Source of the DNA: a virus
Virus record (IMG/VR): IMGVR_UViG_3300037095_000059
DNA length: 64,000 nt
Strand: one strand, 5' to 3'
Both the position numbers and the translations under genes were made by a program. The notes beneath the pieces are model-generated. The model did no database searches and had not been told where the DNA came from. It saw only the letters and a list, made by a program, of their open reading frames with translations. Shown piece after piece: positions 15,203 to 23,773 of this stretch (position 1 is the first letter of the stretch; the number at the start of each line of letters is the position of its first letter).

Positions 15203-15948
15203 ACCCACACGATCTGAATTGGGCGGTGCGTTTGCTGCCCGTCCGGCTTCGCAACCAAATGCTTGAGTACGGGCCGCGCCTGGTCCTGGGCGGAGGCTAC
15301 CTTCGGTCCACAGTCTCGGGGGAAAAACCCAACGACCTGGACTTGTTTACGCAGACAGCGGAAGACGCCAAGTTGTTTGCCGAGGCTCTGGCCAAAGAAG
15401 CAAAGAAGAAGACTTATGAAACAGGCAATGCTTTGTCCGTTAAGCTATCGCCCCGGCATTTTGTCCAATATATTCACCGTTGGTCGTTCCCAACCCCGGC
15501 GTACCTTTTGGAGTCCTTCGACTTCACTATCGCTTGTGCCGCAATTTGGTTCGAGTCCGGGAAATGGACAAGCCTGATCGACGACGAGTTCTACTCGGAC
15601 TTGGCGGCTAAACGATTGGTGTACCGTTCGCCCGACCGAAATGAAGACGCGGGTGGGAGTCTCCTTCGGGTCTTGAAGTTCTATCAGCGCGGATTTCGTA
15701 TACCCTTGGATTCCCTGGGGGCTGTCGTCGCCCGAATGGTTGACAGCGTAGACCTAAAAGGGATCGAGGTTATCGACACTGGAGCCTTCGTGGGAACATC
15801 CAGCATCGGGGACACAACTGAAAAGCGGTGGGCTTCTGTAATCACGGGCCTCCTGCGGGAAGTAGATCCCCAGGTTGATCCTGAACACTTCTCCCACTTG
15901 CCCAGCACGCCCGTCGAAGTCAAACCCGAGGAGGAAACCAATGGCTGA
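15190..15948 (+). CDS. Pol-beta-fold nucleotidyltransferase (CCA-adding / poly(A) polymerase head-domain-like)
   Basis: GTG 15190 follows GAGGAGGA. LGGGYLRSTVSGEKPNDLDLF resembles the GGxVRD...DxD nucleotidyltransferase motif. Confidence 0.55.
   Translation: MRELNPHDLNWAVRLLPVRLRNQMLEYGPRLVLGGGYLRSTVSGEKPNDLDLFTQTAEDAKLFAEALAKEAKKKTYETGNALSVKLSPRHFVQYIHRWSFPTPAYLLESFDFTIACAAIWFESGKWTSLIDDEFYSDLAAKRLVYRSPDRNEDAGGSLLRVLKFYQRGFRIPLDSLGAVVARMVDSVDLKGIEVIDTGAFVGTSSIGDTTEKRWASVITGLLREVDPQVDPEHFSHLPSTPVEVKPEEETNG
15555..15569 (+). repeat. dispersed motif, 1-mismatch variant
   Basis: gtccgggaaatggac inside the nucleotidyltransferase gene. Confidence 0.6.
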
Positions 15949-16129
15949 CATCAAGCAAGCGGCAAAGTGGATGCAGGGAGGCGAGGTAGTCAAGCGCACG
16001 TCTTGGGGAGGATCACCAGTCCGGCTGCACGTCTGCAATCCGTGGGAGAAGGTCATGGACGATCTGGAACGTGAGGCTGATTTTACAGCACTGGAACTGC
16101 TCGCCGACGATTGGGAGGTAGCTGAATGA
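15941..16129 (+). CDS. small protein, DUF2829-like (tentative)
   Basis: GGAGGA precedes ATG 15941. IKQAAKWMQGGEVVKRTSWGG fits the A..L..G..v.R..W pattern of DUF2829-type proteins. Confidence 0.45.
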   Translation: MADIKQAAKWMQGGEVVKRTSWGGSPVRLHVCNPWEKVMDDLEREADFTALELLADDWEVAE

Positions 16130-16302
16130 ACATCCTTGAAGCGGCGGAGTTCCTGATCCAAGGGAAGAAAATCTTTAGTGAACGTCCAAACTTTCCCGTA
16201 CACCTAGACCCACGGGGGTTGGTGGTTTTCGACAGCGGGGAAGCCCCTCCCGTCCACATTCAAGACCTGTTGTCCGACAAATGGAGCGTGGTAGATGAGT
16301 AA
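16126..16302 (+). CDS. small protein (58 aa), second DUF2829-like copy (tentative)
   Basis: ATGA overlap with the upstream stop. ILEAAEFLIQGKKIF ... W shows the same pattern. It is below the ORF-track cut-off. Confidence 0.4.
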   Translation: MNILEAAEFLIQGKKIFSERPNFPVHLDPRGLVVFDSGEAPPVHIQDLLSDKWSVVDE

Positions 16303-17251
16303 CCTGGCCGAAATTTTAGCCCCAACCCGATTGGACCAAGTCCTGGGCCAGGAACACGCCAAGAAAGCAATAGCGTCCTGGATCGAGAAGGACAACTTCC
16401 CCCGCTGCCAGCTTTACACAGGGCCCGTGGGGACAGGAAAGTCCACTTTGGCCGGGATCGTAGCCCGGGCTTGCCAAGGACCTGGAAGTTGGGAAGGGTC
16501 GGACATCCGGCAGATCAACGCCGGGGTTGTGGGCAAAGTGGACGACATGCGGGCCTTGACGGAGGAAGCGAAAAGCGTTCCTTTCGTCGGGCGATACCGC
16601 GTCTTTATCTTGGAAGAGGCTCAGCGGGTTACAGAGGCCGCAGCCGACGCCCTCCTAGTTCCAATGGAAACCTGTCTGAGTACCGTGTGGATTCTGACAA
16701 GCTCGGAACCGGCAAAACTACCGGCAGCAATCAGGTCCCGGTGCGCGGCAGCTACGTTCGATTTGAAGCCTTTGAACCGGGGGCAGTTAAGTTCTTTGGT
16801 ACGCGACGTTCTTCTCCGAGAATCAATAGACACGGAGAGGGGCGAACCGGGTTTGACCGATTTCTTGTGGAAGCATGGGATCACAGCCCCGCGTGAAATC
16901 CTAGGTGTCCTCGACCAGTACCTGGCGGGCGTCCCCCTCGAAGAAGCAATCCACGGCTCTGAGCACGAGCCTCTGTACCCGGAAATTGCTACCACTGTTC
17001 TGTCCGGGAACTGGACAAAAACCTCAGCTTTGCTCAAGAAGGTCCCGACCGGGGACTATCGGGCGATGGTGGCCGTGGTTTCTGCTAAACTGAGTTGGGC
17101 TCTGCTTGACTCCGACTTTGGACCAAGGGCCGACGCTCTGGCAACGTGCCTGGTCGGCCTCGGGAACTCCGGATTTGCTGACGGGGTTGCGTATTCGAGT
17201 TTGAAAGGTTTGCTGTATAAGGCTTGCAAGGCGTTGGGGGCGAAACAATGA
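16295..17251 (+). CDS. AAA+ clamp-loader subunit (DnaX/HolB-like)
   Basis: GPVGTGKST Walker A, ILEEAQ Walker B / DEAD-like box, RSRC sensor motif. The N-terminal L..v.GQ....l layout is typical of clamp loaders. Confidence 0.8.
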   Translation: MSNLAEILAPTRLDQVLGQEHAKKAIASWIEKDNFPRCQLYTGPVGTGKSTLAGIVARACQGPGSWEGSDIRQINAGVVGKVDDMRALTEEAKSVPFVGRYRVFILEEAQRVTEAAADALLVPMETCLSTVWILTSSEPAKLPAAIRSRCAAATFDLKPLNRGQLSSLVRDVLLRESIDTERGEPGLTDFLWKHGITAPREILGVLDQYLAGVPLEEAIHGSEHEPLYPEIATTVLSGNWTKTSALLKKVPTGDYRAMVAVVSAKLSWALLDSDFGPRADALATCLVGLGNSGFADGVAYSSLKGLLYKACKALGAKQ

Positions 17252-17451
17252 TGTCCGTTTATAAGACCATCCACCATTGCCTGGATAAGCCCGCCTACTC
17301 CTCGCACGGGGAAGCTGTCCGGGCGATGTATCGGGCGGTCTTGCGCAAGAACTGCATCAACCCCCGAATCCACCCTTATGAATGTGCCTTCGCTCCACAT
17401 TTTCACCTTGGAAAAACCAGACAAGAAAGACAGGAAAGGAAAGCAGCATGA
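17248..17451 (+). CDS. hypothetical protein
   Basis: ATGA overlap with the clamp-loader stop. Confidence 0.5.
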   Translation: MMSVYKTIHHCLDKPAYSSHGEAVRAMYRAVLRKNCINPRIHPYECAFAPHFHLGKTRQERQERKAA

Positions 17452-17654
17452 CCAGATTCATCGAAATTGAGCAGGATGGGAAAAAGGGGTATGTGAACGT
17501 GGACCACGTGGCCCTCGTGCTCCCGACTCAGATAATAGGAACCTCGGCGGTCGTCATTGACGCGCAACCCGCTTTGTCCCTTACCATCAAAGGCTCGGTC
17601 GAACAAGCGGTCACCCGGCTGGAAGGAAAAGATACTCTCCTCCTGGAAGCGTAA
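17448..17654 (+). CDS. hypothetical protein
   Basis: ATGA overlap with the upstream stop. GGAAAGGAAAG lies upstream. Confidence 0.55.
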   Translation: MTRFIEIEQDGKKGYVNVDHVALVLPTQIIGTSAVVIDAQPALSLTIKGSVEQAVTRLEGKDTLLLEA

Positions 17655-17661
17655 AAAAGAT

Positions 17662-17689
17662 GTTGCGCCGGGGCAGAAGTGTGGTATAA
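17662..17689 (+). promoter_or_regulatory. sigma70-type promoter with extended -10
   Basis: TTGCGC, 16 nt, TGgTATAAT immediately after the stop of CDS 17448..17654. Confidence 0.55.
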
Positions 17690-17692
17690 TGA

Positions 17693-17791
17693 TTTTGGTG
17701 GTGATGATTGCGGGCGAGACTCCTTCGGGGTCTGATTGACAACGCAACAGCGGGACGCCCCGTGTACCGATTCAAGTCGGGCCACCACCAA
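17693..17791 (+). ncRNA. candidate structured RNA (cloverleaf-like, closed by a 10-bp stem)
   Basis: TTTGGTGGTG (17693-17702) pairs with CACCACCAAA (17782-17791). Three internal hairpins at 17716-17732, 17750-17761 and 17766-17779. No ORF. It starts a few nt after the promoter. Confidence 0.4.
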
Positions 17792-17795
17792 AAAG

Positions 17796-17863
17796 TTTGT
17801 GGGGAAGCGCCGGAAGCCCCAAGCGGGCCGTAGCAGCGCCGGATTTCCCAAGCGGGCCCCACA
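17796..17863 (+). ncRNA. second structured element with internal 29-nt direct repeat
   Basis: TTGTGGGG pairs with CCCCACAA to close the element. AGCGCCGGA-N3-CCCAAGCGGGCC occurs twice (17805-17828 and 17834-17857). It lies upstream of the SD of CDS 17885. Confidence 0.3.
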
Positions 17864-17884
17864 ATTCAAGTTTTAGGAGGAAAA

Positions 17885-18175
17885 ATGGTAACCGATTTGC
17901 ATGAGTTCTATGAGGAGCACAACGACGAGTTCCTCAAGTTCGACCGAGTCGAGAACAAGCTGTCTCTCCGGCCAGACCTTCACGCCTTTCTGCTGTTGGA
18001 CAAGCTCCTGCCCGGGAAGGAGGACATCGTTGCCTCAGCAGAGCATGACGAAATCTATTTGGACGTGGATGTCGAAAAGCTGCTCGAAGCAGCAAACAAG
18101 GCGGAGTTGATTGATCTCCATCGTTGCGGAGTTCTTGTCTTCTCAGAATATGACAGCCTGGGAATGTTTGTTTAG
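17885..18175 (+). CDS. hypothetical acidic protein
   Basis: AGGAGG lies 5 nt before the ATG. The TAG stop abuts the motif copy at 18175. Confidence 0.6.
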   Translation: MVTDLHEFYEEHNDEFLKFDRVENKLSLRPDLHAFLLLDKLLPGKEDIVASAEHDEIYLDVDVEKLLEAANKAELIDLHRCGVLVFSEYDSLGMFV

Positions 18176-18189
18176 TCCATTAACCGGAC
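18175..18189 (-). repeat. dispersed motif, exact (reverse)
   Basis: gtccattaaccggac. Its first G is the G of the upstream TAG stop. AAGGAG and ATG 18201 follow. Confidence 0.9.
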
Positions 18190-18200
18190 AAGGAGAAGTA

Positions 18201-19493
18201 ATGAGCATGGATTTTACGGAAGCAGAATTAGTGGCCATCCGAGCGGAATACTGCAAGGGGGCGACCGATACGCAGTTCGAGCTTTTCATCAGCGAATGCA
18301 AAGCGCGAGCCCTGAGACCGGGACCCCATGTCGTTTTCCAACTCAGGAACGCCAAGGAGTGGGACGCAGACACAGGGGCTTCCCGGTTTGTGAAAAAGCC
18401 CTATTGGATTACCACCATTGGAGCTTTGCGGCTTATCGCTCTGCGCACGGGGCAATATGGGGGGTCTACCCCGGCGGAATACATCTACCTCGACGACAAC
18501 GGAGACCCCACTGTTATCTCTCAAATTCCTCTGCCGAGCAAGACCAACAAGTCTCTCCCCCGGGAACCTTGGGCCGTCCGGATTTCTGTCAAGCGCAAGG
18601 ACTTCGACGAGCCAATCACCAGCATTGTCCGGTTTGACTCCGTCGCCGCCACCCAAAAGAGGGATAACATCCTTGTTTTGACAGATATGTGGCAAAAGCG
18701 AGGCGATGCCCAGACCGCCAAATGTTCTGAGGCAGACGCTCTGCGCAAGGCTTTTCCAGAGGAACTCGGGTCGCTCTACCTGTCCGAAGAAATCAAGAAC
18801 GAGGAAGAGCCGCACCAAGCAGCTACCGCCCCGGCCTCCGTCGTCCCCCTTCCTCCCCCTGTGCCAAAAGTGAATCAGGAGCCAGCCAAACCCGTCGAGG
18901 CTCCGAGGCCGAACGAGCCTTGGAGGGGAAACGCTTCAAAACTTCAAGAGGCTGAAATGATTCCCGGGGTAAAAGACCGAGAAAAGCCTGCCGTTCCCCC
19001 CGTCAACCCCGAGTTGGAGAAAGCCCTAGCCGCCCTTCCCCCGGGGACTGTTAAGCCCGCCGCCGAACTTCCTCCTCCAGCAAAGAAGAAAGGTGGTCGT
19101 CCCAAGAAGGTAGAAAGTCCGGATAATGGACAACCGGCCCCGGTCGATCAGGGTATCACCCAGGCGGACATCGAGAATGCGGGGAAACCGGCCCCGGCGG
19201 TAGACGAAGCAGCAAACAAGGCGGCTGCCGAAGAGTTCGTGGAGGCCCTAGACCCAACCCCAACCAAAGAAGAGCAAGCAGGGTTCTCCTCCAGAGTTAG
19301 GGCGCTGGCGGCTGCGGGAGCCAACACCCAGGACTTGAGAAACTACATCCTGGCCGTGGGGCACAAGGACGAGCCCAAGCAACTGACGGTCGCAAACTGG
19401 AATGATGCTTTGACCCGGCTCGAAACCGCCTTGGGAGAAGGCAAAGACAAGCTGTTGGAGGCCACCAAGAATGCGCCATTACCGGCTTTCTAA
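18201..19493 (+). CDS. recT: RecT/Bet-family single-strand annealing protein with long Pro/Ala/Glu-rich C-terminal tail
   Basis: CKGATDTQFELFISECKARALRPG is the typical RecT N-terminal signature. The last roughly 200 aa are low complexity. Confidence 0.75.
   Translation: MSMDFTEAELVAIRAEYCKGATDTQFELFISECKARALRPGPHVVFQLRNAKEWDADTGASRFVKKPYWITTIGALRLIALRTGQYGGSTPAEYIYLDDNGDPTVISQIPLPSKTNKSLPREPWAVRISVKRKDFDEPITSIVRFDSVAATQKRDNILVLTDMWQKRGDAQTAKCSEADALRKAFPEELGSLYLSEEIKNEEEPHQAATAPASVVPLPPPVPKVNQEPAKPVEAPRPNEPWRGNASKLQEAEMIPGVKDREKPAVPPVNPELEKALAALPPGTVKPAAELPPPAKKKGGRPKKVESPDNGQPAPVDQGITQADIENAGKPAPAVDEAANKAAAEEFVEALDPTPTKEEQAGFSSRVRALAAAGANTQDLRNYILAVGHKDEPKQLTVANWNDALTRLETALGEGKDKLLEATKNAPLPAF
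19117..19131 (+). repeat. dispersed motif, exact
   Basis: gtccggataatggac inside the RecT tail (codes SPDNGQ). Confidence 0.9.
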
Positions 19494-20004
19494 AAGGAAG
19501 GGTTGGATTGAAGACGGCATAGGACACATTCCCTTAACCCAAGGACAGGTCGTTTTCGTAGACGCCGAAGATGTAGAATCCCTCAGCCAATGGAAATGGT
19601 ATGCCGCTTGGAATAAAACCACCCAAAGCTACTATGCACAACGTAGCCGTTGGGTGCCCGAAACAGACACTCTCGAAACCATTTTGATGCACCGTTTTAT
19701 CCTTGGTTTAGAGGCAAATGATCTCAGAACAGGAGACCACCACGATGTCAATTCTCTCAACAACCAAAAACACAACCTTCGGATAGCTACTGACGCGGAG
19801 CAAGCGCGAAACCAAAAACTTCGAAAAACCAATAAAAGCGGATTCAAAGGAGTGTGTAAAATCAACGAGAACCGATACGTCGCTCATATAACCTTCAACA
19901 GAAAAACCATTTATTTGGGGGTTCGCAACACTGCCGAAGAAGCCTCCGAGCTTTATTCCGTAGCAGCCGAAAAATATCACGGGGCTTTTGCGAGGCTTGT
20001 ATGA
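19471..20004 (+). CDS. HNH homing endonuclease with AP2 DNA-binding domain
   Basis: GDHHDVNSLNNQKHNLR (HNH) and GFKGVCK...YVAHI...IYLG......EEA...Y (AP2-like). Confidence 0.8.
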   Translation: MRHYRLSKRKGWIEDGIGHIPLTQGQVVFVDAEDVESLSQWKWYAAWNKTTQSYYAQRSRWVPETDTLETILMHRFILGLEANDLRTGDHHDVNSLNNQKHNLRIATDAEQARNQKLRKTNKSGFKGVCKINENRYVAHITFNRKTIYLGVRNTAEEASELYSVAAEKYHGAFARLV

Positions 20005-20183
20005 TTCAACACTATGAAGTTTACCTGAAAGACAACCCGATACCACTCCCGATAGACGCGGACAAAATGTGCTGCGACGAGCTTGGGTATGTGGTATTTT
20101 ACTCGCGGCCTGCCCCCGGAGAGAAATTCGGAGAGGTTGCACGAATCAAATCTCCCAACATGAAAGGAATCAAGGAGACCTGA
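20001..20183 (+). CDS. hypothetical protein
   Basis: ATGA overlap with the upstream stop. ORF-track ORF. Confidence 0.5.
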   Translation: MIQHYEVYLKDNPIPLPIDADKMCCDELGYVVFYSRPAPGEKFGEVARIKSPNMKGIKET

Positions 20184-20684
20184 ATGTTACCCATTATCCG
20201 AAACATCCTCTGGGAAAAGAAGCCCTATTTCATCGTGGTGTCGGACGAAGGCCCGGCCTCAAGCCCAAAACAGCACCCGGACTTTGCCTCGGCCTACAAC
20301 GAGAGTCTGCGTCTGGCCAAACTCCACCCCAACATCAAATTCGGGGTGTTCGAATACAAGGGGCACGCTGACAGCGCCCGGTTGAAGACGAAGGTAACCA
20401 AGTGGTTTGCCGTGTACAACAACAACGGTTCCGGAAATTTCAGGGTGTGCAAGGAAGACCTTTGGGACCAAAGCGATAGCCCCAAGAGCAAGCTATTTGA
20501 CACCAAACAAGAAGCCCTAGAAAGCATTGAAGGATTCCCCGCGCCTATTGGGGCCTTCCCCATCGAAACCGAAGTTCCCGCTGAAACCCCCGTTCGGTTC
20601 AACACGTACACCGATCCGTATCCAATCCGGCGAATCTGGCAAAACGGCGAGTTGTGGCCCATCTACACCGGCCCACAGAACTAA
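20184..20684 (+). CDS. hypothetical protein
   Basis: ORF-track ORF starting 1 nt after the upstream stop. Confidence 0.6.
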   Translation: MLPIIRNILWEKKPYFIVVSDEGPASSPKQHPDFASAYNESLRLAKLHPNIKFGVFEYKGHADSARLKTKVTKWFAVYNNNGSGNFRVCKEDLWDQSDSPKSKLFDTKQEALESIEGFPAPIGAFPIETEVPAETPVRFNTYTDPYPIRRIWQNGELWPIYTGPQN

Positions 20685-20694
20685 AGTTCTAACC

Positions 20695-20709
20695 GTCCAT
20701 TACCTGGAC
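20695..20709 (-). repeat. dispersed motif, exact (reverse)
   Basis: gtccattacctggac. It is intergenic. AAAGGAG and ATG 20721 follow. Confidence 0.9.
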
Positions 20710-20720
20710 AAAGGAGAAGT

Positions 20721-21281
20721 ATGCCAACGTTCGTTATCAAAACCGACGATCCTTCCGTTGACTTCGCAATCGAAGCCGAAGAATTTAACCTGACCCGGGA
20801 CAACACCTACGCCTTCTACGACGAAGAATGTGACCTCGTGGCCGAGCTTAACGCTGTGCAGGTCCGGGCCATCATCCGGGAAGACCACCTGCTCACGTCC
20901 GACTACGGGGACGAGGACGACGTGTGCGACGACTGCCGGACCGGTGAACTCCTGGACGACCCGGCCTTCTGCAACGCTGTTTTTGACCTCAGCGAGGGGT
21001 ATCACGCCACGATTGCCGAGGACGAAGCACCAGCGGCCCCCCAAGTTTCCCCGGCGGACCCAAACTCGCCCCCAGTCTCCTACCCGGTCGAGTACAGAAA
21101 GACACCAGTTGGCCCTTGTTGGGGGATCGTGAATGTGGAGCGAAATCACTTCGTCCCCTTCGGCTCCGAAGCAGGCGCGAGGGTCATGGTGGAAAGATAC
21201 GCCGACCCTCAGAGCCCAGACGGATGGGCGGTTGAATCTCTCTCCAACTGCCCGTTAGTGGAGGTTCCGTCCAATGGCTAA
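20721..21281 (+). CDS. hypothetical acidic protein
   Basis: ORF-track ORF with a good SD. Confidence 0.6.
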   Translation: MPTFVIKTDDPSVDFAIEAEEFNLTRDNTYAFYDEECDLVAELNAVQVRAIIREDHLLTSDYGDEDDVCDDCRTGELLDDPAFCNAVFDLSEGYHATIAEDEAPAAPQVSPADPNSPPVSYPVEYRKTPVGPCWGIVNVERNHFVPFGSEAGARVMVERYADPQSPDGWAVESLSNCPLVEVPSNG

Positions 21282-21726
21282 AGGATTCTCTTTTGCGCAA
21301 GTAGGCGGGGGTTTGGGGCGTGATCCTGATATTCGCTCTACCCCCAACGGAGTCAAAGTGGCCAATTTCAGCGTGGCCGTGGACAAGGGTTTCGGAGACA
21401 AGAAATCTACCCATTGGTTTAATGTGGTGGCTTTCAAGGACCTCGCAGAGTTCGCCCAAAAGTACCTCAAGAAGGGATCGACCGTGAATGTGACGGGAGA
21501 CCTCCAAACCAAGTCCTGGGTGGACAAGCAAACGGGGGCTAACCGAACAGCAACCGAAATCGTTGCCTTGCGGATTGACTTTGCCGACGGAGGCTCCAAG
21601 TCCGACTCCGGCCAACCGGCTCGAACGTTGGCTCCGGCGCAAACCAGGCAGCAAGCAGCCCCGGCCCCACGAGCAACAACCCCCGCAGCCGACGACGATC
21701 CTTTCGGGGATAACGAACCGTTCTAG
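21274..21726 (+). CDS. ssb: single-stranded DNA-binding protein
   Basis: OB-fold SSB signature (VANFSVAV...THWFNVVAF...L.KGS.V.V.G.LQT..W) and an acidic C-terminal DDDPF...EPF tip. Confidence 0.9.
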   Translation: MAKGFSFAQVGGGLGRDPDIRSTPNGVKVANFSVAVDKGFGDKKSTHWFNVVAFKDLAEFAQKYLKKGSTVNVTGDLQTKSWVDKQTGANRTATEIVALRIDFADGGSKSDSGQPARTLAPAQTRQQAAPAPRATTPAADDDPFGDNEPF

Positions 21727-21734
21727 GAGGAACC

Positions 21735-21971
21735 ATGCAAACGAAATTCTGGTACGTGTTCAAACGCGGGGGAGGGGCTCCTTCGTATAGGCACCCCACT
21801 TACAACTCAGCGGTCGAGGAAGCACAGAGACTGGTAGATGACCTCGGGGGTGAGTACGAAATCCTCGAATGTCAATCTATCGTCAAGGCTGCCCCGAGGT
21901 GGATCGTCGAACCGACGCAGGACGCGGGCTTAATCTCGAAAGAGCAAGACCCCCAAGACTGCCCGTTTTAG
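21735..21971 (+). CDS. hypothetical protein
   Basis: AGGAGG precedes the ATG. ORF-track ORF. Confidence 0.55.
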   Translation: MQTKFWYVFKRGGGAPSYRHPTYNSAVEEAQRLVDDLGGEYEILECQSIVKAAPRWIVEPTQDAGLISKEQDPQDCPF

Positions 21972-21980
21972 GAGGCCACC

Positions 21981-22241
21981 ATGAAAATCCAGGTCACACA
22001 ACAGCACATCAATTCGGGGTCTATGGGTTCGTGTACAAACGACCCCATCGCTCTTGCCCTAAAAGACTCCGGGTTTTGCGAGGCGTGGGTATCTCCGGCC
22101 CAGATTCGGGCCAGAACGGCAAGGGGGGAACCCATGATCGACCACCCCATGCCGGAAGAGGTTCTGGCTTTTATGTACAACTTTGACAACGGGCGTCCGC
22201 AATGCGCGGCACCGTTTGAGTTTGAATTGGAGGAAGTATGA
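21981..22241 (+). CDS. hypothetical protein
   Basis: AGGAGG precedes the ATG. ORF-track ORF. Confidence 0.55.
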   Translation: MKIQVTQQHINSGSMGSCTNDPIALALKDSGFCEAWVSPAQIRARTARGEPMIDHPMPEEVLAFMYNFDNGRPQCAAPFEFELEEV

Positions 22242-22423
22242 CACCAGACGAAATTCGCAATATCAACATCCCGACCTATGTCTGCGGCAATCCCGCCGAC
22301 GAGCAGAACACTGCTTTGCTGCTCCTAGCCCGAGAGTTCGTGGCCCAATACGCAGAGGCCGTCGAAATTTCCAGGAAGGCAATCGGCCCGGCCCTAGCCG
22401 TAACGGCTTCAGGAGGCCCATAG
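22238..22423 (+). CDS. hypothetical protein
   Basis: ATGA overlap with the upstream stop. The Arg-rich alternative frame 22183..22443 is rejected. Confidence 0.5.
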   Translation: MTPDEIRNINIPTYVCGNPADEQNTALLLLAREFVAQYAEAVEISRKAIGPALAVTASGGP

Positions 22424-22442
22424 AAGAAGCTTTGAATGGCTA

Positions 22443-22457
22443 GTCCGGATAATGGAC
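22443..22457 (+). repeat. dispersed motif, exact
   Basis: gtccggataatggac. It is intergenic. AGGAGG and ATG 22471 follow. Confidence 0.9.
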
Positions 22458-22470
22458 GAAAGGAGGGGTG

Positions 22471-22683
22471 ATGGCTTTATTTTGTTTGATCGTCGGATTG
22501 CTTCTGGTAACGTGGGGTATTTGGAAAGGACCCATTTTTAATATCAAGCACTATCTGATCGAAGACGGAGAGGACACCGGAAGAATACTGTTCTTTGGGT
22601 CAGTAATGGCGTTCAGCTTCGGTGTTGTGGTTGTTGGCATTTCCATTATGTTCTTGACCGGACTTTTGCCCAAGGCCCACTAA
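22471..22683 (+). CDS. small membrane protein (two TM segments)
   Basis: MALFCLIVGLLLVTWGIW ... VMAFSFGVVVVGISIMFLTGLL. Confidence 0.6.
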   Translation: MALFCLIVGLLLVTWGIWKGPIFNIKHYLIEDGEDTGRILFFGSVMAFSFGVVVVGISIMFLTGLLPKAH

Positions 22684-22704
22684 GAAACCAGTCCCGAGGA
22701 GCGT

Positions 22705-23736
22705 ATGGATACTGTCCGCACGAAAAAGAACGAGAAGAAAGACTCTCCTCCCCCCAATGAAGAGCAACTAGACGCGATCAACTTTGGCGAAGGGTACGCT
22801 TGTGTGGAAGCCGGACCAGGCTCTGGAAAAAGTTTCGTCCTGGTTCAACGCTTTGCCCGGTTGATCCGGGACGGAGTTTCTCCGGACGATACTTTGAGTT
22901 TGAGCTTCACCCGGACGGCAGCGAAGAACCTCCGGGACCGGGTCGAAGCCCAAGTAGGAAAACTAACCACAACACGCACAGCAGGCGCACAGACCTTTCA
23001 TGCTCTGGGGCTCGCTTTTGCTATGGAGGAACGAGATGCTTTTCCCTACGAGTTGGCCGAATTCCCCTTGGCGGGGGAGCCTGTCTCCGCAAAATTGTCC
23101 GGAGACGCTGCCAGACGATACGAACTTGATCCCCGCGCTTTTCGGCCCTTGGTCAGCCTTTGGAAACGGAAACGGCTTCGTGCTCCTTCGCTCATCCGAG
23201 ATTTTGAAGATAAGGTGGACGCAAAGAGTCTGAGGATGGCCCTGGCCTACAAGGACTATGACAAGCGCATGAAAGCCGCTGGCGTTCTCGATTTTGATAG
23301 CTTGATTTTGGAAATGGTCGAAATCCTGGACAAGAATCCCGAAGTGAGAAAACGGTGGGTTCGAGACTGGCTTCAACTAGACGAGGCCCAGGATATGTCC
23401 AGAATCGAATGGGATTTAGCCAAGCTGATCTCTGGTAAGTCGGTGTGTGCGGTGGGCGACGTTTCGCAGGGTATCTACGGATTTCGAGGATCAGATTCTC
23501 GCCTGTTCCTAGAAATGGAAAGTATGTTCCCGGGAACCGAAACCCTCTTCTTATCCGCTAATTTTCGCAGCAGCCCTGAAATCGTGAACTTTATCCGGCC
23601 CATTGCAGCAACGCAAGACCTGGCCTCGAAGTTCCACACACAAAACCCCTCGGGGCCGGAGGTTTCTATACGGGGTTTCAACTCGACTGGGGACGAAGCG
23701 GCTTGGGTTATTTCAGAGATAAAAGGAGAAGTATAA
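22705..23736 (+). CDS. UvrD/Rep/PcrA-type helicase, N-terminal fragment (motifs Q-IV)
   Basis: AGPGSGKS (motif I), LDEAQDMS (motif II), GDVSQGIYGFRGSD (motif III). It ends abruptly after EIKGEV. Confidence 0.85.
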   Translation: MDTVRTKKNEKKDSPPPNEEQLDAINFGEGYACVEAGPGSGKSFVLVQRFARLIRDGVSPDDTLSLSFTRTAAKNLRDRVEAQVGKLTTTRTAGAQTFHALGLAFAMEERDAFPYELAEFPLAGEPVSAKLSGDAARRYELDPRAFRPLVSLWKRKRLRAPSLIRDFEDKVDAKSLRMALAYKDYDKRMKAAGVLDFDSLILEMVEILDKNPEVRKRWVRDWLQLDEAQDMSRIEWDLAKLISGKSVCAVGDVSQGIYGFRGSDSRLFLEMESMFPGTETLFLSANFRSSPEIVNFIRPIAATQDLASKFHTQNPSGPEVSIRGFNSTGDEAAWVISEIKGEV

Positions 23737-23773
23737 GTGGCCCCAAAACGAATGGAAATGATAGGAAAGAAGT

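Noticed and set aside
17693-17791. tRNA gene, suggested by the acceptor-like 7-10-bp closing stem and a TTCAAGT T-loop-like sequence
   Set aside because: With TTCAAGT as a 7-nt loop the flanking 5-bp T-stem does not pair. The real hairpin is a 4-bp stem with a 6-nt loop. The other two arms lack D-arm or anticodon-arm geometry, and the length is about 99 nt. It is kept only as a candidate structured RNA.
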